DNA of 18,749 nt from the NCBI GenBank assembly GCA_019057375.1, contig DXJF01000066.1, positions 1 through 18,749 of the forward strand, in the 5' to 3' direction. This DNA is from Candidatus Heimdallarchaeota archaeon. Lineage in GTDB: Archaea > Asgardarchaeota > Heimdallarchaeia > Heimdallarchaeales > Heimdallarchaeaceae. Positions 15,592 through 18,749 of this stretch are shown piece after piece. A program made the position numbers and the translations under genes. The notes under the pieces were generated by a model, which was not told where the DNA came from, ran no database searches, and was given only the letters and a program-made list of their open reading frames with translations. The first letter of the stretch is position 1, and each line of letters opens with the position of its first letter.

Positions 15592-16323
15592 ATGACAGAT
15601 ACTGTTGGTATATTATTCTGTGGAGGAGAAGGTACTCGAATGAGGCCTTTAACTTACTATATGCAGAAGGTTATGATGCCTATCGGGGAGGATCAAGTTC
15701 CAATTCTAGAGTATGTGCTTAAACATTTCAGGAAACACGGTATTAACGATATAATTTTGCTGGTGAATTACAAAAAAGAGCAGATACAAGGTTACTTTGG
15801 ATATGGGGAGAAACTGGGGATGAATTTGATTTATGTTCCTGATAAACCAGGACCTGTGGGAACAGGTACTGCATTACTCAATGCTCAGGAATATATTGGG
15901 AAGAGGAAAATGATAATATATTATTCTGATATTATAACCAACGTAAATTTCTCCGAGATGGTAAATTATCACATCAATCATGGAAAATGGGCAACCATTT
16001 TAGCATCTAAGGGTTGGAAAATACGTGTTGGAACTGCTGAAGTTGATCATTCTAATAAAGTCAAAAAATTTGTGGAAAAACCCCAAATACCTTTACTGGT
16101 TAATACTGGAATTAGTATTTTAGATCCAATTGTATTCAATTATCTCAATGAGTTTGATTCCAGTACAAGTATTGATTTATCAAAAGACATATTTCCCAAG
16201 TTTGTAGAAAATGAGCAGATGTACGCTTATATTCCAGATGATGTTTATTGGGAAGATATTGGTTCTATTGAACGTTATGAAAAACTAGATGATAAATTTA
16301 TAACAGGGATAATGCAGAAATAG
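15592..16323 (+). CDS. NDP-sugar pyrophosphorylase / nucleotidyltransferase family protein (NTP_transferase domain only)
   Basis: ILFCGGEGTRMRPLT...QKVMMPI, GTGTALL, YSDII, FVEKP, VNTGI and WEDIGS motifs, with no C-terminal left-handed beta-helix. The ATG at 15592 is preferred over 15538. Confidence 0.92.
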   Translation: MTDTVGILFCGGEGTRMRPLTYYMQKVMMPIGEDQVPILEYVLKHFRKHGINDIILLVNYKKEQIQGYFGYGEKLGMNLIYVPDKPGPVGTGTALLNAQEYIGKRKMIIYYSDIITNVNFSEMVNYHINHGKWATILASKGWKIRVGTAEVDHSNKVKKFVEKPQIPLLVNTGISILDPIVFNYLNEFDSSTSIDLSKDIFPKFVENEQMYAYIPDDVYWEDIGSIERYEKLDDKFITGIMQK

Positions 16324-16391
16324 GCATATTTGCATTTTAATATAAAATCTAAAAGGAAACATTATTATTGATTTGTTAAAAAGTGACCATA

Positions 16392-16784
16392 ATGAAACAT
16401 AGATTAATGGATTTATTGGCATGTCCAATTGATAAATCATGGCCTTTGAAATTGGAAATTACAGAGGAAGTAAAGACATTAGAAAAAATTTCAATTCCTT
16501 TGCAAAATGAACAAACTGAAGTTGTTTGTAACTATTATTGCAATTTTTTGCAAATTCAACTTGTAGAAATAAATGATAATGGGGAAGAACGGATAAAAGC
16601 AATTGATGAAATCAAAAAACATGTATCGCTAAAGGATTGTCAAGAATGTTTCAAAATTGAAATTCAAAGTGGGAAGCTATATTGTTCACATGATGAAAAT
16701 CATCAATTTGACATAAAAGAAAGTATTCCAGTCATGCTTACTGAACAACAACTCAAGGAAATTTACGGGAGAAAAAGAAAATAA
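16392..16784 (+). CDS. trm112: Trm112-family methyltransferase activator, long form
   Basis: MKHRLMDLLACPIDKSWPLKL N-terminus and EIQSGKLYC...FDIKESIPVML C-terminus flank a long insertion. AAGTGA precedes the ATG at 16392. Confidence 0.85.
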   Translation: MKHRLMDLLACPIDKSWPLKLEITEEVKTLEKISIPLQNEQTEVVCNYYCNFLQIQLVEINDNGEERIKAIDEIKKHVSLKDCQECFKIEIQSGKLYCSHDENHQFDIKESIPVMLTEQQLKEIYGRKRK

Positions 16785-16805
16785 TTTTTGAAATCATCCA
16801 CTCTT

Positions 16806-17093
16806 CTATGTTTTTTCTTTTGAATCAGGTTTTATCTCTTTATTCTTCTTCTTATCTGTTTTGTATGTGTGCCAAATAAAATACACTATTTCAATAAGAA
16901 TACCAGCAGCTAGTAAGACATCGATTATAACTATCTTCGCTCTAAAACTTTCAAAGTTAAAGAGAAATTTTTGTACAGACAAGAATACTCCATAAGCAAC
17001 AACAATCAGTAAAATCATTGTAAGTTGAATGCCCGCAGCCCTATCAATTTTGTTTATCAGTTTCCTCGCTTTTGTCATTTTCTTGTTTGGCAT
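16806..17093 (-). CDS. Small hypothetical membrane protein (2 TM helices)
   Basis: 95 aa with two hydrophobic stretches and Lys-rich termini. GGTGA SD at 17102-17098, 13 bp after the mutL stop. Confidence 0.75.
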   Translation of the reverse strand: MPNKKMTKARKLINKIDRAAGIQLTMILLIVVAYGVFLSVQKFLFNFESFRAKIVIIDVLLAAGILIEIVYFIWHTYKTDKKKNKEIKPDSKEKT

Positions 17094-17106
17094 TTTTTCA
17101 CCTGTC

Positions 17107-18747
17107 TTATCTATAATCTCTCTTAAAAAGCTCTTCTATGTATTTTTCATTTAGTATAATAATAGTTGGTCTTCCATGAGGGCAGGTGAAGGGTTCTTCT
17201 AATTCCAGTAACTCTTTCAAAATCAATTCCGCTCTATCTAATGTAATTTTATCTCCAGCTTTAATCGATCTTCTACATGCAAAAATAGATATTATCCCTT
17301 TTACAAACCCTAAATCTTCTAAATCCAATTTTTCTTTTATCTCTGAAACATTTGTTTTAAAGATATCAATCATGTCCTTTGCTGTATCAAATTCTATAGT
17401 TACGCCCATAATAGATGGGATTGACCGAATTATTATCTCGTTCTTACCAAAAATTTCAATTTCAAAACCAAATGTTTTGAGATTTTCCTTTATACTTTCT
17501 ATTACATCAAATTCAGATGGTTTTAGTGTAACTGAAACAGGCGCAAGTAACTGCTGAATTGAGACACTTTTCTTTTTTATTTGTCTAATATATTTCTCAT
17601 AATTTATTTTTTCATGAGCCGCATGTTGATCACATAAGAATAATCCTTCTTGGGTTTCAGCAACAATGTATGTGTCCTTGATAATACCAAGAACTCTAAT
17701 ACTCTTCTTTCGTTCAAAGCTTTTTTCCTGTAATTCTATGTTTTTATCTGTTATAGGAAGAAATTTATCAATTCCCTGTTCCTTACTTTTTACAATCTTA
17801 TAATCTGGTCTTTCTCTCGGACTTGATGAAACAGGTAATTTTCTCTTTGAAGATTCATTACTTTTGGTTTCAACCGAAGTTAGAGTTGTTGGTTTGTGCC
17901 TTGTTTCAATAACTGTTTCGAATAATTTTAACCCACTTTTTTCTAATGATTCTCTGGTAGCAGATTCAATTAGTGCATATACTTTGGCTTCGTTGCTAAA
18001 TCTGATTTCTTTCTTTGTTGGATGTACATTGACATCAACTTCATCCGGAGGTAAGTCGAAGTAGAGGAAAATTATTGGGTATCTATTATGGGGGACTGCG
18101 GTTCCATATCCTCGCAAAACTGCTTCAGATATGACTTTATTAGTTACAGATCTTCCATTAACAAAGATGTACAGATAGTCTTTGGATTTTCGGGAAAATT
18201 CTGGTTTAGTAATAAAACCTGTAACTGTGTAGTCATTTTCTTTCTTATTGATGGGTAAACAAGCTCTGGCTATATTTTCACCAAAGATGGCGGTAATTTG
18301 TGCAATCAAATCACCTTTGGGAGCTGTAAGAATATCCTTCCCATTATGAGTAAGTGTGAAAGAAATGCTAGGATCTACAAGAGCTAGTTTAGTTACATAT
18401 TCTGTGATGTGATTGATTTCAGTAGAGGTTGTTTTAAGAAACTTTCTTCTAACAGGAACATTGAAGAAGAGATTTCTTACGCTAATGCGCGTTCCATTTG
18501 GTGCAGAGGTTTGTTTGTCTGAAACAATTTCTCCCCCCTCAATCACTAAGTGAATTCCTAACTCTGATTCTTCTGTTTTGGTGATTATCTCCACCTGAGC
18601 AACACTAACAATACTTGCTAAAGCCTCTCCTCGAAATCCTAAACTATGAATTGAAAATAAATCATCTGCACTATTTATTTTGCTTGTAGTGTGCCGATTA
18701 ACTGACAATCTTGCATCATTAGATTCCATCCCTATTCCATCATCTAT
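17107..18747 (-). CDS. mutL: DNA mismatch repair endonuclease MutL (5' end outside the window)
   Basis: The frame is open from the window edge (IDDGIGM...). GHKL motifs HTTSK and SLGFRGEALASI, NLFFNVPVRRKFLK, VDVNVHPTKKEIRF, then C-terminal DQHAAHEKINYE, QQLLAP, ACR, CPHGRP and FKR. Confidence 0.98.
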   Translation of the reverse strand: MDDGIGMESNDARLSVNRHTTSKINSADDLFSIHSLGFRGEALASIVSVAQVEIITKTEESELGIHLVIEGGEIVSDKQTSAPNGTRISVRNLFFNVPVRRKFLKTTSTEINHITEYVTKLALVDPSISFTLTHNGKDILTAPKGDLIAQITAIFGENIARACLPINKKENDYTVTGFITKPEFSRKSKDYLYIFVNGRSVTNKVISEAVLRGYGTAVPHNRYPIIFLYFDLPPDEVDVNVHPTKKEIRFSNEAKVYALIESATRESLEKSGLKLFETVIETRHKPTTLTSVETKSNESSKRKLPVSSSPRERPDYKIVKSKEQGIDKFLPITDKNIELQEKSFERKKSIRVLGIIKDTYIVAETQEGLFLCDQHAAHEKINYEKYIRQIKKKSVSIQQLLAPVSVTLKPSEFDVIESIKENLKTFGFEIEIFGKNEIIIRSIPSIMGVTIEFDTAKDMIDIFKTNVSEIKEKLDLEDLGFVKGIISIFACRRSIKAGDKITLDRAELILKELLELEEPFTCPHGRPTIIILNEKYIEELFKRDYR

Positions 18748-18749
18748 AA

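Noticed and set aside
17186-18064. Plus-strand ORFs 17186..17557 and 17864..18064
   Set aside because: They are antisense shadows of mutL.
1-18749. tRNA, rRNA, CRISPR, IS/integrase or defence genes
   Set aside because: Intergenic gaps are all under about 180 bp and AT-rich, with no cloverleaf, repeat-spacer array, terminal inverted repeats, or transposase/recombinase motifs. Small C/D-box RNAs cannot be excluded by eye.

Overview
An AT-rich, gene-dense archaeal core-genome window with 22 supportable CDSs and no rRNA, tRNA, CRISPR array or mobile element that I can see. Archaeal identity rests on EgsA, aCPSF1/FttA, UPF0179, a DUF1947-PUA protein, a long-type FKBP, GGTGA Shine-Dalgarno sites and TATA-like promoters. 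A bacterial/eukaryotic-type MetK, a MutL, a coupled Nop2-like/Nip7 pair and a long Trm112 suggest an Asgard (perhaps Heimdallarchaeia-like) archaeon, but that is inference and needs a phylogeny. Gene order: enolase 3' end, M32 carboxypeptidase, SHOCT-like/bactofilin-type beta-helix protein divergent from an ArsR-type HTH and a PUA protein, aCPSF1, nip7, Nop2-like methyltransferase, egsA, UPF0179, FKBP, a tightly coupled minus-strand run of five genes (DUF1616 N-half, secreted helical membrane protein, DUF1616 C-half, metallophosphoesterase, HD hydrolase), metK, an unrecognised helical protein, a sugar nucleotidyltransferase, Trm112, a small membrane protein and mutL (5' truncated). The best leads are: (1) the split-DUF1616 membrane operon coupled to two phosphohydrolases; (2) the divergent bactofilin-like/ArsR pair, where both proteins carry a SHOCT-like helix and the shared intergenic region holds several palindromes; (3) the non-archaeal-type MetK; (4) a PIP-box-like motif in the MutL linker. 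All family calls come from motifs recognised by eye; no database search was run.
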